Shown here: in pieces, positions 33,360 to 42,742 of the stretch
Layout: every line of letters starts with the position of its first letter
Numbering within the stretch: the first letter of the stretch is position 1
Program-made: the position numbers and the translations under genes
The notes under the pieces: model-generated
What the model saw: only the letters and a program-made list of their open reading frames with translations
Database searches by the model: none
What the model was told of the DNA's origin: nothing
Source of the DNA: Candidatus Magasanikiibacteriota bacterium
GTDB taxonomy: Bacteria; Patescibacteriota; Patescibacteriia; Magasanikbacterales; UBA922
Reading direction: 5' to 3'
Assembly: GCA_031973355.1 (NCBI GenBank)
Contig: DALYDF010000001.1
Location: 20,341 to 68,852, forward strand
DNA: 48,512 bases

Positions 33360-34075
33360 TTGTTGTACCTGTCCCGGGGTTAAAAGTAAGGCTAATATTT
33401 GGCTTTAGTTTTGACCCCGCAATGGACAGCGGGACAAAAGGGGGTTGCCCATGGCGACTCGGGTGCTTATGGCGATCTTCGCCATGATGTTGCTCACGGC
33501 TTGCAATCAGGCCGTTCCCTCTTCCGCTTCGGAAGGCACCGTTTCAGCCAACGGTGATGTGTCCAACTCGGGGAAGGCTGATTCCCCGAACAACATGGGG
33601 TCTGAAGACTCCTCCGATGGCAGCGTCTCCGACGGTGTCGACGGAGAATCCGACGGCACCACTGACCCCACTGACGGCACCGTTGCCGCTGATGGGACTG
33701 ACCTTCCGCCCCTCGACCCCTGCGTCAACGTCCAATTCCTGCCCGAGTACTACACACTCAGCGGCAGCCGAGTCACCTTCGACCTCGAACCGTTTGGCAG
33801 CACCTGCCAGATCACCGTTCGTGGCGGTGGTGGATCGTTCGACGAACGAACGATTTTGGACATCGACTTCCCGCTCTTTGATACACGCGATGAAGTAGTA
33901 GACTTCGAGATCGTGTGTCTCGAGCACCGTGCTGATGGTGTCCCGAAGACTGTGCGCATGCGGCTCTACTACGCGGACACCCCTGAGATGTACAGCGAAC
34001 TCATGATCTACGAGCCCACCCCTTCGGGTTGATGGCTCGTGACAACCTGTCGCCTGCCTCACCCATCCCTAAAAC
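33360..34075. other. Second compositional island (about 58-59% G+C in sampled blocks) in an AT-rich spacer
   Basis: Hand counts: 58/100 G+C in 33451-33550 and 59/100 in 33551-33650, against 18/60 in 33241-33300. GGTGAGGCA (33325-33333) is the reverse complement of TGCCTCACC (34055-34063). Confidence 0.7.
33451..34032 (+). CDS. Putative lipoprotein (193 aa from ATG) with Asp/Ser/Gly-rich linker, encoded by the G+C-rich island
   Basis: ORF track, whose TTG at 33445 is read as M. The ATG at 33451 is preceded by AAAGGGGG (SD) at 6 nt. Signal peptide with lipobox: MATRVLMAIFAMMLLTAC. G/C-ending codons dominate in this frame. The four other overlapping ORFs in the track are typical high-GC shadows. 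Confidence 0.7.
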   Translation: MATRVLMAIFAMMLLTACNQAVPSSASEGTVSANGDVSNSGKADSPNNMGSEDSSDGSVSDGVDGESDGTTDPTDGTVAADGTDLPPLDPCVNVQFLPEYYTLSGSRVTFDLEPFGSTCQITVRGGGGSFDERTILDIDFPLFDTRDEVVDFEIVCLEHRADGVPKTVRMRLYYADTPEMYSELMIYEPTPSG

Positions 34076-34102
34076 TTATTTGTTTAAGTAATTTTTAGAG
34101 AA

Positions 34103-34130
34103 TAAAAAATGACCTTAAAGGTCATTTTTT
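34103..34130. terminator. Bidirectional terminator shared by the lipoprotein gene (+) and the giant gene (-)
   Basis: AAAAAATGACC-TTAAA-GGTCATTTTTT. Confidence 0.65.
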
Positions 34131-34149
34131 ATTTATTACTATTTCTTAG

Positions 34150-37100
34150 TTATGGGGTGACTACGATATATCCTTTATAAGGTATAAACGCATCTTTATA
34201 TTTAGGATTATTTTGCTGCTCATTACATTGCTGACCGAAACCAGCACCTTTTTTATTTTCATAACACCCGTCAGTCAAATCAGTTTTACTATCTTTATTC
34301 CAGTCAGTACATTTCCCAGTACACCAACCCCAGTTATCCATCACCTGCACCATTGGTTTAAAGATACACACAAACTTAGTATTATCTTTATTATAGTTAA
34401 GACTCTTTAAATACGCCCAAATTTTTGCGCCTTCGCCCGCTGGCAATGGGTTGCCACCACTTATATTAGAATTTTGTTCAAAATCATAAACAAAACTTTC
34501 TTTATTGGTTTTATCCAACTCACCACACGAATAACTATGGGTAAATTCAAAGTAATCTGGCGTACAAGCCCGAGCCGCATTACCAAAAGCAAACCCATCT
34601 ACAGTACAAGTGCCACCGTTTGGACAATCTTGGTTTGATTTACAGGTTAATTGTGGATTGGTGCTACATTGTTTGAGTGCCGTGCTTTGAGCTGATTCTT
34701 CTGATGGTGACATACAATACGGCTTGCGATTTTTGTAATCACCGTACCGACTTTCATTGGTTACCGTAGAATTATCCCCCCAATCAATCATAATTCGTTT
34801 GATAGGCATGCGGTTATGATCTGCAAAGGCAAAGAAATTAGTTATTGCTGTTAAACTATTTTCTTTTACAATCACACCATAATTGCCATCCTGCTTACTG
34901 TCTTCGTCAGGAGTAGCATTTTGACGGTTAACCGTAAAAGCATTCATTTCTTTTGGTGCACAGTTTTGCGCATTATTTTTTGTACCGGTGAAGCAACGGC
35001 TGACATCCAAAGAATAAATTTGCGGCACAATTAAATTATCACGGTATTCGCCTGAGACATCTTCCCCATCTTGGTCTATGTCCCAATTACCATTAACCGC
35101 ATTATTGAACGAAGTTTGTTTATAGCTTTTTACAAAAATATTAGTAAGTAATCTACTGCCCGTCATTGGTGGAAGATTACTTGCCTGTGTCACACTCGCC
35201 GGTTCCACATCATCATAATCATTCTTTAATTGTCCTTGGTATTCAATCGATGAATACTTACAACGAGAAATAAAATAGTTTGTGATTGTCCCAAAATATG
35301 GCTCACCGTATATCCGTCCATAATTAATGGTACCATTAGTATCCAAGAAATCTAAATTATTTTTACAACTGGTAAACATACCCTGCTCATCAGGTTGCAA
35401 GAAAATATATTGCCGTAATCTATTTTCCCAACCCGAACCAAACTGCATATACAGGCCAGCGTCTAGTAAAGTGGAACCATATGGTCGATATATCTTACCC
35501 AAAGGATATGGACGTGGGAAATTAGTTTCCTTTGTATAGAACCAGGTCCGGTTAGTCCAGGCCTTGTTTTTATTTATGTCTTGCGTTGCATCATATACTT
35601 GAGTAAATTGAACGCAACGTGGTAATAATTCAATTATTTCTGCCAAATAAATTGATACAAATTTATTATTTTCATGATTATCAAGTATCGCACCCATATT
35701 GACTCCATTCTGAGCAAAAATACTTGCACGTTTCACATCACCAATTTTTTTACCATCAGCACCATACACCGTATAGATATTAACCGCTGACCGGTGATTA
35801 GGATCTTTAGCATACCATTCATCTATTTTAGCCAAAGAAACAACGGTTGAGATATCGTTAATCGGATCAGCGCTCATGAAATCAGTAATCAAATTTTTGG
35901 AAAAATCTTTAAAATTTGGAATATCCAGACCGCTATCTGAATCCATAAACGCAAACGAACCGATTAATACTTTGCCCGTATCCGGACCAGACTCAACCGT
36001 TACTCTAAAACCAATCGTTGCTAAATTAAATTGACCTGCATTTACATACACACTTCCTGTAGTGTCGGCCGTTGTGTTATTTTCAATAATTTTACTATCC
36101 AAGGCATACGAATAGCTCATCGTACCAGCACTTTCCTTTGTTTTAACTGACTTACGTAAAAATTCATTATTAATGGTCATCATGTATGGGTTTGCCCCTG
36201 GTGATAAAATTGGGCCAAAGTGCTGCACACCAATTTCTGGTTCCAAAATAGTTAGCGGCAATCTGAAATTTGCCCCGTATGGGCCAGTTCCAAATTGGGT
36301 TGACTGACTTACTAATTCTGCCAAATAATCAAAACCGTATTTCTTTGGGCTTAAATAATAATGGTATGGTAGCGCCGAAGTAAAAGTAACCACAGCATTT
36401 GGTACATTAAATCCTTTTTCTGCACTGTCAGGCGTTCCAAAACTTAAATAAACTTTAGGGTGGTTATTAAACACATACGCATCACCCCGCCAGGCAAATG
36501 CCTGCATAGTAGAGTACTGTAATTTTCTAAATTCATCGTCAGACACTTCACGCGCATTGGTGGCTGGTTTGTGATTAATTTTATACCCCGCCAAAGCATA
36601 GGCATTATCCCAATTTAACCACTTATTGAATGTGTAAGGCACTACAGTAAGATTATCTCTTGCCGCACTCGCATTAAAACCATTAGCAGGAACAATTGAA
36701 ATAAGTTGGTCTTTGTCATAAGCCCCCGTCCAATTAGCTGAAGCTTCGGTACAATAGACCTGTCCACCAAACGCGGTTTGGTTATTGGCGGTTTTAGTGG
36801 CCCCATCAATAGCTGGATAGTACCCAGCTTCACTAAACCGGTTAAAGCTGTCGTAGTTAGTGGCGGCGGTATCCACTGGTAACCAGGTTAAGCAAGCATA
36901 TTCATTGCGTGCCCGGTTAATTGGGCGACTGTAATCGTACTCCAAACAGAATCCACGCAAACCAATTTGTGTTTGAATATCTTTAATTTGACTACACACA
37001 CCAGCCGAAATTACGCTACCATCTTTGGTAACCGTACAATCCAAATCTGCCGCACAGGTTTGACCATCACGATCACCACCCGAACAGACCCCGGCCGGAT

Positions 37101-40100
37101 AGCGTTGATCAGGAAATTGATAATAATCAACGGTTCCACTCTTATAGGTAACTTTTTGATATTCACACGAACATTCCCCACTTTGACAGATATTTGCCCC
37201 TTCTAAACCGGACAATTTAGCCGTATATTCATACCGCGTTGGTCCGCCAGTATAGGCTGATTTAATTGTGTTAGTTTGGGTTCCAATTGTTGAAGCAAAT
37301 GGCGCAGTTTTTTCTGGATAGGCTTTACAAATACCACCCTCCAAAAATTTAGCCATGGAGTCAGCATTTTTACCCTCACTACCAGGGAAAGCACCTGAGA
37401 TTGGTAAAATACATTTTTTCTGATAACAACGACCAGCGTTACTTGGTCCACATGCCGCCCATTCAGTAGCACAAGCATTGGCTGATGCTTGGTTAGTAGT
37501 GTTCACATATCGATAACCCAAATACGCAATTGGGTTATCTTCAAACACCAAAGAAACCATGTTACTAACTTGAAATTTATTAAACAATGAGTAGCCTGAA
37601 TAATCTTCCCCAAACCAAGAAACATCACGCTTAGTGTAAGCCGCTTCGTTTAACAAAGCCACTGATTCGGCAGTATCTTCACTCCAGTCTTCACAAGTCT
37701 CACCGGTTATAGTCGAGCGGCAGGCTTTGTATTGGGTACAAATGGTGCGCTCTTTACCATTTTGGTCAGTCACGCGAGTTTTATCTTTACATGATAACCA
37801 CTCACTACACGAACGATCACGGGAAACTTTTAACAAAATATTCGCATCAAATGGTTTAACCGTGGTATTTGGTTCAGTTGGATTATATTTAGCTTGTGTG
37901 GTATTTAAACCATCACTTACTTTGTATGTTTCCAAGGCATTAAAAATCTTATTTGGATTATTGGTAACATTAAATAAGGCACAGCCATTTTTTAAATTTA
38001 CTTTTCCATCACAATCCCCAGCCGTATTTTGTAAGCGTTGATCTAAAATTACATTATATGGTTTACCTCCCGGATATTCTGGTGAAGTATCAATTGGGTC
38101 AACAATTTCCATACATTGGTTATATTGATCTGGACAACGACCAACTGAACCATTGTACTGTGGTGATTTATTAGACCAAATTCCATACGAACCGCCAGCA
38201 ACGGCAAAATTACTATAACATGGTAGGGCACCAATATTTTGACAGGTGCCGGCATTTACCACTGCACAATCAGCGTCTTGTTTACACGACAACGCCGCAT
38301 TGCCAGAACAACTTCCCATTCCTTCTTGGAACCACCCACTAACGTTAGTCTGACCAACCTTAATTGCCTCTTTGTATGAACAAATTGGCGCACCGGCAGT
38401 TACTGGATCTTTAAAGTATGAAATAGTATTACCTGATTTAAATTCACCACACCCAACTTGATCACTGGAGCAGAGTATCTGACTATAATTATCAGGATTA
38501 TTTTTAACAAAGGTTTCAGAATAGATATATCCGGCAGATGGATTACCTGGCACTTTTAATTCTTGTAAAGCAATTTTTTGACAGCCTAAATATTGCGCAG
38601 AATCACTTGGGTTAGCTTGGTTACAGGCATAGGTTTTGCGATTAGCCAAATACATTGGTTCAGCCGCCGCCGTATCAGCCGGCACCACAATAGTTGAAGC
38701 CGCAAAGTACCCGCCATCTTTTAACCATTCCAAGGTATTTTCCGGAGCAGTTGCGTTAGTTGGCGTAATGTTAGCTGGTAACACGGTCTTTTTTACATAA
38801 CAGAATGTTTCACCGGCAGGAATCTGACAAGTACCTAAATCAGTGGTGTTATTTACCACAATTTTACACTCTTGATTTTGTGTACCCTTACATTTCAAGT
38901 TATACGCTGTTGCCTGAATTTCATTGATGGTATTTTGGGTATCTACAAACGCAGTACAGCCGACTGCTTCTGGACGACAGAGCCGATCAAACCCAGTTGC
39001 CGGTACTTTGGCTCCTAAACTATCGGTGTAGGCGCGACAACCCAAGGCACCGCCTGGTAAGCCATCTTTAGGGTCAGCATCACAAGCCAGTGGGGCATCA
39101 GCCAAAACTACTGATCCGTCAGGAGCGGTTACGGCTTGTTTCCAAGAATTTTTAATTAACGGAATTTTACCAGTAATTCGAATGACTTTAAAATTATCTA
39201 TAAAATAATTGTAAGGTGCCGGTGTACCATTCACTGCGGTACGAGTAAAGCGCAGAGCAATTTTATCTGTGCCTACTCCAGTAAACTGTACCGGACCCAA
39301 ACGATACGCTTGCCAGGTAGAACTAATTGGCACTTTTACACTTTGACCCGTACTTGGACTAACGGTAAAGCTGCCGGCACTTTGACCAGTGGTTACATTA
39401 TAAAATTCGATTTCTAAATTAACTTGCGCACCCCGACTCCAAAATTCGAGTTCGTATGACTTATTTGCTTCCAAGCTATTATCAACAAAATTGTAATCAG
39501 TCACAGCAGCAGAAATTTCTAACGAATTTTGACTACCAATTAATGATTCTGGTCTGATATTTGTGCCCGCTCCCCACCCTTGCTTGGCAGTTACTAACCC
39601 ATCAACTCCATTACCTGGTTCAAATTTTTGATCAACAAAAGCCAGAGTATTATTGGCATCTTTACCAGTATATGCCCGACAATTATTGGCCGCTGCCGGA
39701 CAACTTTTATCATCACCAGCTACCGAAGTAGTCCAGTACACACAAGCACCATTTTGGTAAATACCACCGTTGTAACATAATTCACAACTATTATTTGCCC
39801 ACCGACCACCTTTGGCCGTACAAGCACTTTCTTGACCCAAACTAGTTAAGTACGTATCTTGGCGCAAGAAACTGTCAGTTTTTCGTAATGGATGACAAGC
39901 GGCCGATACATTCACTACTTTATCAATCATTCGGTAAAATACCGCTTCAGTGTCATCATACAAGGCCACACAACCTGGTTTAGCCGTATTAATTCCGTAT
40001 GGATTCGTTACTGCAGCATCATAGGCAGTTTTATTACATTCAGCAGACAAGGTTTGCATTACTGCCGGATCAAAATCAGCGTAGGCTGGTGAACCAGCGG

Positions 40101-42741
40101 GGAATGAAGCACTTAATGTTCCACCGCCGATGGCCGCAATAAAGCTGGCCGCATACCGATCACTTTGATTATCACTGACTGGTCGCAGGGTGTGGGTACG
40201 TAACACATATCCTTCATTAGCTTTTCCTTCCCACGAATAAAAAGTTTTTTGATTGGTCGCAGTCGGTCGTTCACAATACGCAATATCTGAATAATATTCT
40301 AAGGTTTCACCGCCGCTACTAGCCGCATCAATATTAGTGAATTCACTACAACCTTCGTGTACCAAAGAACATTTTTTGGCTGATTCAGTTGGAGGAATAA
40401 AATGAAGAGGGAAAACTTCTGGTTCAAAGGCACCACGGTCTTCTGGTTGCTCTTGTTTAAATGTATCATATCCCACACAACTAGCCGCACACCGATTGGT
40501 GCCAACAATTCCGTAGACTTTGTCAGTACTGTTATCAGGAGTGTACGCTTCACAACCAACGTCATTTTTGGTACACGCTGGGGCAAACGGAGCACATAAT
40601 TGCGCCTCTGGTCTCTTACTCAGTGAAGTAATTTCACCAGCGGTTTGTGGCCAGCGAGTCGCTCCACTTACCCCTGGATTGGCTACTAAATAACAAGCCG
40701 AGAATAAACTACTTGGTGCTTTTTTAAGATAAGTTGTTTCCCCTCGATTACCATCACTATCTACCTTTACTAACGCACTACAACCTTCGGCTGATGATGG
40801 ACAGGTTTCCTTCTTAATTGATTCATTAAAATAAATAGTTGGTTTTTTACCCAAAGCTTCTTGATTATAATCAGTTAACAGTGGATCTGTTTCCCATCCA
40901 CCACCAGGCAATGGTTCAACACTATATTTCTGACAACCAACTGACTGGGCATTACATTGACCGGTTTGCAAGGTTCTCGATAAATACGAGACTTTTGTAT
41001 TATCACGATTATTAGTATAAGTAGAGCACGTGTTAAATTGTTGCGGACAACTTGAACCACCAAAACGCCAGGTATTTTTTTCGCGTAAACAATATCCGTA
41101 ACCACCAATACACCGACCGCGATCATCTTCAAGTAAACAAGTAGACACATCCACACATTCTAAACGGCGCTCAGCATTATCACTAGCTAACAAACGAGGT
41201 CCAAACACCTTAGCTTCACAGCGAGGTTCTGGTAACCGTATAATCCACTCTGGATCAATTAAGTGACAGAATGGGTGTTGGGCATCAGACTGACCACTCG
41301 CATTACAATCATAATACCCTTTAACCACTGCTTCTAACGTATAATTTTGAATACTATCCGGATCAACTTTACTGGCCGCAATTTCAAAACCAAGGGGTAA
41401 CACGCGGGCTTTGCGCAATTTCTGAATATTGGAAAAACAATAATATCCATTATTAAAACATTTTTTCGGATCACTATTAAATTCATGCTGTGGTGGAATC
41501 AATGACCACTTGGCATGTAAAAAATTATTTTTTGGATCCATCGCTTCACGGATAGTTAACGGCTTACCCGTACTCGCTTGTTTCACTGCTAACACTAATC
41601 CGGGATCAGCCACACAGTTATTTAAACCTGGATTTTCCACATTAGAACAATCACTAAATTCTTCCATTAACGGATAGGTAGTTAGCTGTTGAGTAGGGAC
41701 AGTGGTAAACAAGAAACCAAACGCGTTTTGAGCGGCCGCCCGATTATTATTAATTACCCCAGCATATTCGCTAAATATCGACGCTGCGCCAGGTGCCGAG
41801 GCACTATCATCGGCTTCAAAAAAACCATTAAATACTTTGTCTGTTAATTGAGATACAAAGGTGTTTAAAAATACCCCTGCTGCGGCCGGAATTACCTGCC
41901 ACAATCCTGCACCATAAATACCCGCCACCTGTTGTGAAGTTAATTGTTGTTGTTTGCTTCCGGTTAAGGCTTTAGTTTCTTCGGCAATTACCTGTGATGG
42001 GGTTTTAATTTTGCCCGAAATTAAATCGGTTACAGCTTTAAAACCACCACCTTCTAAACGGTCAGTACTGGCCCCTGCTTGAGCGTTAGCATTAATCCGA
42101 TCAACCTTACTAACCATCCCTAAAGCCACCCCCATGTCTGATTGATCTACTTTTAATGACTTAGCAAACATTTGGGAAGCAAAGTCACCAGCTTTTTCAT
42201 CAAAATTTTCAAAACCATTTTCCCAACTAGTTCTAAAATCATTCCAGCGACAGGTAGGTTGTGGACCACCAGCCAAACTCGGGTCTTCGTACATTTTACG
42301 CAAACTCACTTGCAAGAAAATTTGAAATTTAATATCTGGAGGTTTACACAAATTTAAACCAAATGGAGCACCAAATTGCTCAATTGCCGTGGCCGCACTA
42401 TCCAAAGCTACATTTTTAAAATAGGCCTCACCACCTTCTTGAAAAACTAATGGTTTTTGACCAACCGCTGAACTAGCCAACCAACTCGCACTATCATATG
42501 CCAATTTTTGCATGAAATAGGAAAAACCATTTACCAAAGAACCTAAGGAACTGGCTAACAAACCTTCTAACACGGCGTCATTACTCCATTTTCCGCTCAA
42601 AGCGGCCACCACATCTGGTGCACCAACAATCGCTTTGGTTTGAGTCGGTACCAAAGCCACCAAAAGCTGAATACTAATGATCATTGAGAGACCAAGTCCC
42701 ACCAACCATTTCTTTGCTTTTTTTGACGGCGAGATATGCAT
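34150..42741 (-). CDS. Giant Cys-rich secreted/anchored surface protein (2863 aa)
   Basis: ORF track. N-terminal signal/anchor: KKWLVGLGLSMIISIQLLVALVPTQTKA. Cysteines are scattered along the entire length, and an internal jelly-roll/CBM-like segment is present. The ATG at 42741 is 1 nt after the stop of the upstream gene. Confidence 0.9.
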   Translation of the reverse strand: MHISPSKKAKKWLVGLGLSMIISIQLLVALVPTQTKAIVGAPDVVAALSGKWSNDAVLEGLLASSLGSLVNGFSYFMQKLAYDSASWLASSAVGQKPLVFQEGGEAYFKNVALDSAATAIEQFGAPFGLNLCKPPDIKFQIFLQVSLRKMYEDPSLAGGPQPTCRWNDFRTSWENGFENFDEKAGDFASQMFAKSLKVDQSDMGVALGMVSKVDRINANAQAGASTDRLEGGGFKAVTDLISGKIKTPSQVIAEETKALTGSKQQQLTSQQVAGIYGAGLWQVIPAAAGVFLNTFVSQLTDKVFNGFFEADDSASAPGAASIFSEYAGVINNNRAAAQNAFGFLFTTVPTQQLTTYPLMEEFSDCSNVENPGLNNCVADPGLVLAVKQASTGKPLTIREAMDPKNNFLHAKWSLIPPQHEFNSDPKKCFNNGYYCFSNIQKLRKARVLPLGFEIAASKVDPDSIQNYTLEAVVKGYYDCNASGQSDAQHPFCHLIDPEWIIRLPEPRCEAKVFGPRLLASDNAERRLECVDVSTCLLEDDRGRCIGGYGYCLREKNTWRFGGSSCPQQFNTCSTYTNNRDNTKVSYLSRTLQTGQCNAQSVGCQKYSVEPLPGGGWETDPLLTDYNQEALGKKPTIYFNESIKKETCPSSAEGCSALVKVDSDGNRGETTYLKKAPSSLFSACYLVANPGVSGATRWPQTAGEITSLSKRPEAQLCAPFAPACTKNDVGCEAYTPDNSTDKVYGIVGTNRCAASCVGYDTFKQEQPEDRGAFEPEVFPLHFIPPTESAKKCSLVHEGCSEFTNIDAASSGGETLEYYSDIAYCERPTATNQKTFYSWEGKANEGYVLRTHTLRPVSDNQSDRYAASFIAAIGGGTLSASFPAGSPAYADFDPAVMQTLSAECNKTAYDAAVTNPYGINTAKPGCVALYDDTEAVFYRMIDKVVNVSAACHPLRKTDSFLRQDTYLTSLGQESACTAKGGRWANNSCELCYNGGIYQNGACVYWTTSVAGDDKSCPAAANNCRAYTGKDANNTLAFVDQKFEPGNGVDGLVTAKQGWGAGTNIRPESLIGSQNSLEISAAVTDYNFVDNSLEANKSYELEFWSRGAQVNLEIEFYNVTTGQSAGSFTVSPSTGQSVKVPISSTWQAYRLGPVQFTGVGTDKIALRFTRTAVNGTPAPYNYFIDNFKVIRITGKIPLIKNSWKQAVTAPDGSVVLADAPLACDADPKDGLPGGALGCRAYTDSLGAKVPATGFDRLCRPEAVGCTAFVDTQNTINEIQATAYNLKCKGTQNQECKIVVNNTTDLGTCQIPAGETFCYVKKTVLPANITPTNATAPENTLEWLKDGGYFAASTIVVPADTAAAEPMYLANRKTYACNQANPSDSAQYLGCQKIALQELKVPGNPSAGYIYSETFVKNNPDNYSQILCSSDQVGCGEFKSGNTISYFKDPVTAGAPICSYKEAIKVGQTNVSGWFQEGMGSCSGNAALSCKQDADCAVVNAGTCQNIGALPCYSNFAVAGGSYGIWSNKSPQYNGSVGRCPDQYNQCMEIVDPIDTSPEYPGGKPYNVILDQRLQNTAGDCDGKVNLKNGCALFNVTNNPNKIFNALETYKVSDGLNTTQAKYNPTEPNTTVKPFDANILLKVSRDRSCSEWLSCKDKTRVTDQNGKERTICTQYKACRSTITGETCEDWSEDTAESVALLNEAAYTKRDVSWFGEDYSGYSLFNKFQVSNMVSLVFEDNPIAYLGYRYVNTTNQASANACATEWAACGPSNAGRCYQKKCILPISGAFPGSEGKNADSMAKFLEGGICKAYPEKTAPFASTIGTQTNTIKSAYTGGPTRYEYTAKLSGLEGANICQSGECSCEYQKVTYKSGTVDYYQFPDQRYPAGVCSGGDRDGQTCAADLDCTVTKDGSVISAGVCSQIKDIQTQIGLRGFCLEYDYSRPINRARNEYACLTWLPVDTAATNYDSFNRFSEAGYYPAIDGATKTANNQTAFGGQVYCTEASANWTGAYDKDQLISIVPANGFNASAARDNLTVVPYTFNKWLNWDNAYALAGYKINHKPATNAREVSDDEFRKLQYSTMQAFAWRGDAYVFNNHPKVYLSFGTPDSAEKGFNVPNAVVTFTSALPYHYYLSPKKYGFDYLAELVSQSTQFGTGPYGANFRLPLTILEPEIGVQHFGPILSPGANPYMMTINNEFLRKSVKTKESAGTMSYSYALDSKIIENNTTADTTGSVYVNAGQFNLATIGFRVTVESGPDTGKVLIGSFAFMDSDSGLDIPNFKDFSKNLITDFMSADPINDISTVVSLAKIDEWYAKDPNHRSAVNIYTVYGADGKKIGDVKRASIFAQNGVNMGAILDNHENNKFVSIYLAEIIELLPRCVQFTQVYDATQDINKNKAWTNRTWFYTKETNFPRPYPLGKIYRPYGSTLLDAGLYMQFGSGWENRLRQYIFLQPDEQGMFTSCKNNLDFLDTNGTINYGRIYGEPYFGTITNYFISRCKYSSIEYQGQLKNDYDDVEPASVTQASNLPPMTGSRLLTNIFVKSYKQTSFNNAVNGNWDIDQDGEDVSGEYRDNLIVPQIYSLDVSRCFTGTKNNAQNCAPKEMNAFTVNRQNATPDEDSKQDGNYGVIVKENSLTAITNFFAFADHNRMPIKRIMIDWGDNSTVTNESRYGDYKNRKPYCMSPSEESAQSTALKQCSTNPQLTCKSNQDCPNGGTCTVDGFAFGNAARACTPDYFEFTHSYSCGELDKTNKESFVYDFEQNSNISGGNPLPAGEGAKIWAYLKSLNYNKDNTKFVCIFKPMVQVMDNWGWCTGKCTDWNKDSKTDLTDGCYENKKGAGFGQQCNEQQNNPKYKDAFIPYKGYIVVTP

Positions 42742-42742
42742 A

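Noticed and set aside
33507-34062. Four additional ORFs (73, 172, 114 and 69 aa) overlapping the island lipoprotein gene on both strands.
   Set aside because: They are shadow ORFs of high-GC sequence. Only the 33451-34032 frame combines an SD, a lipobox signal peptide and G/C-ending codon bias.
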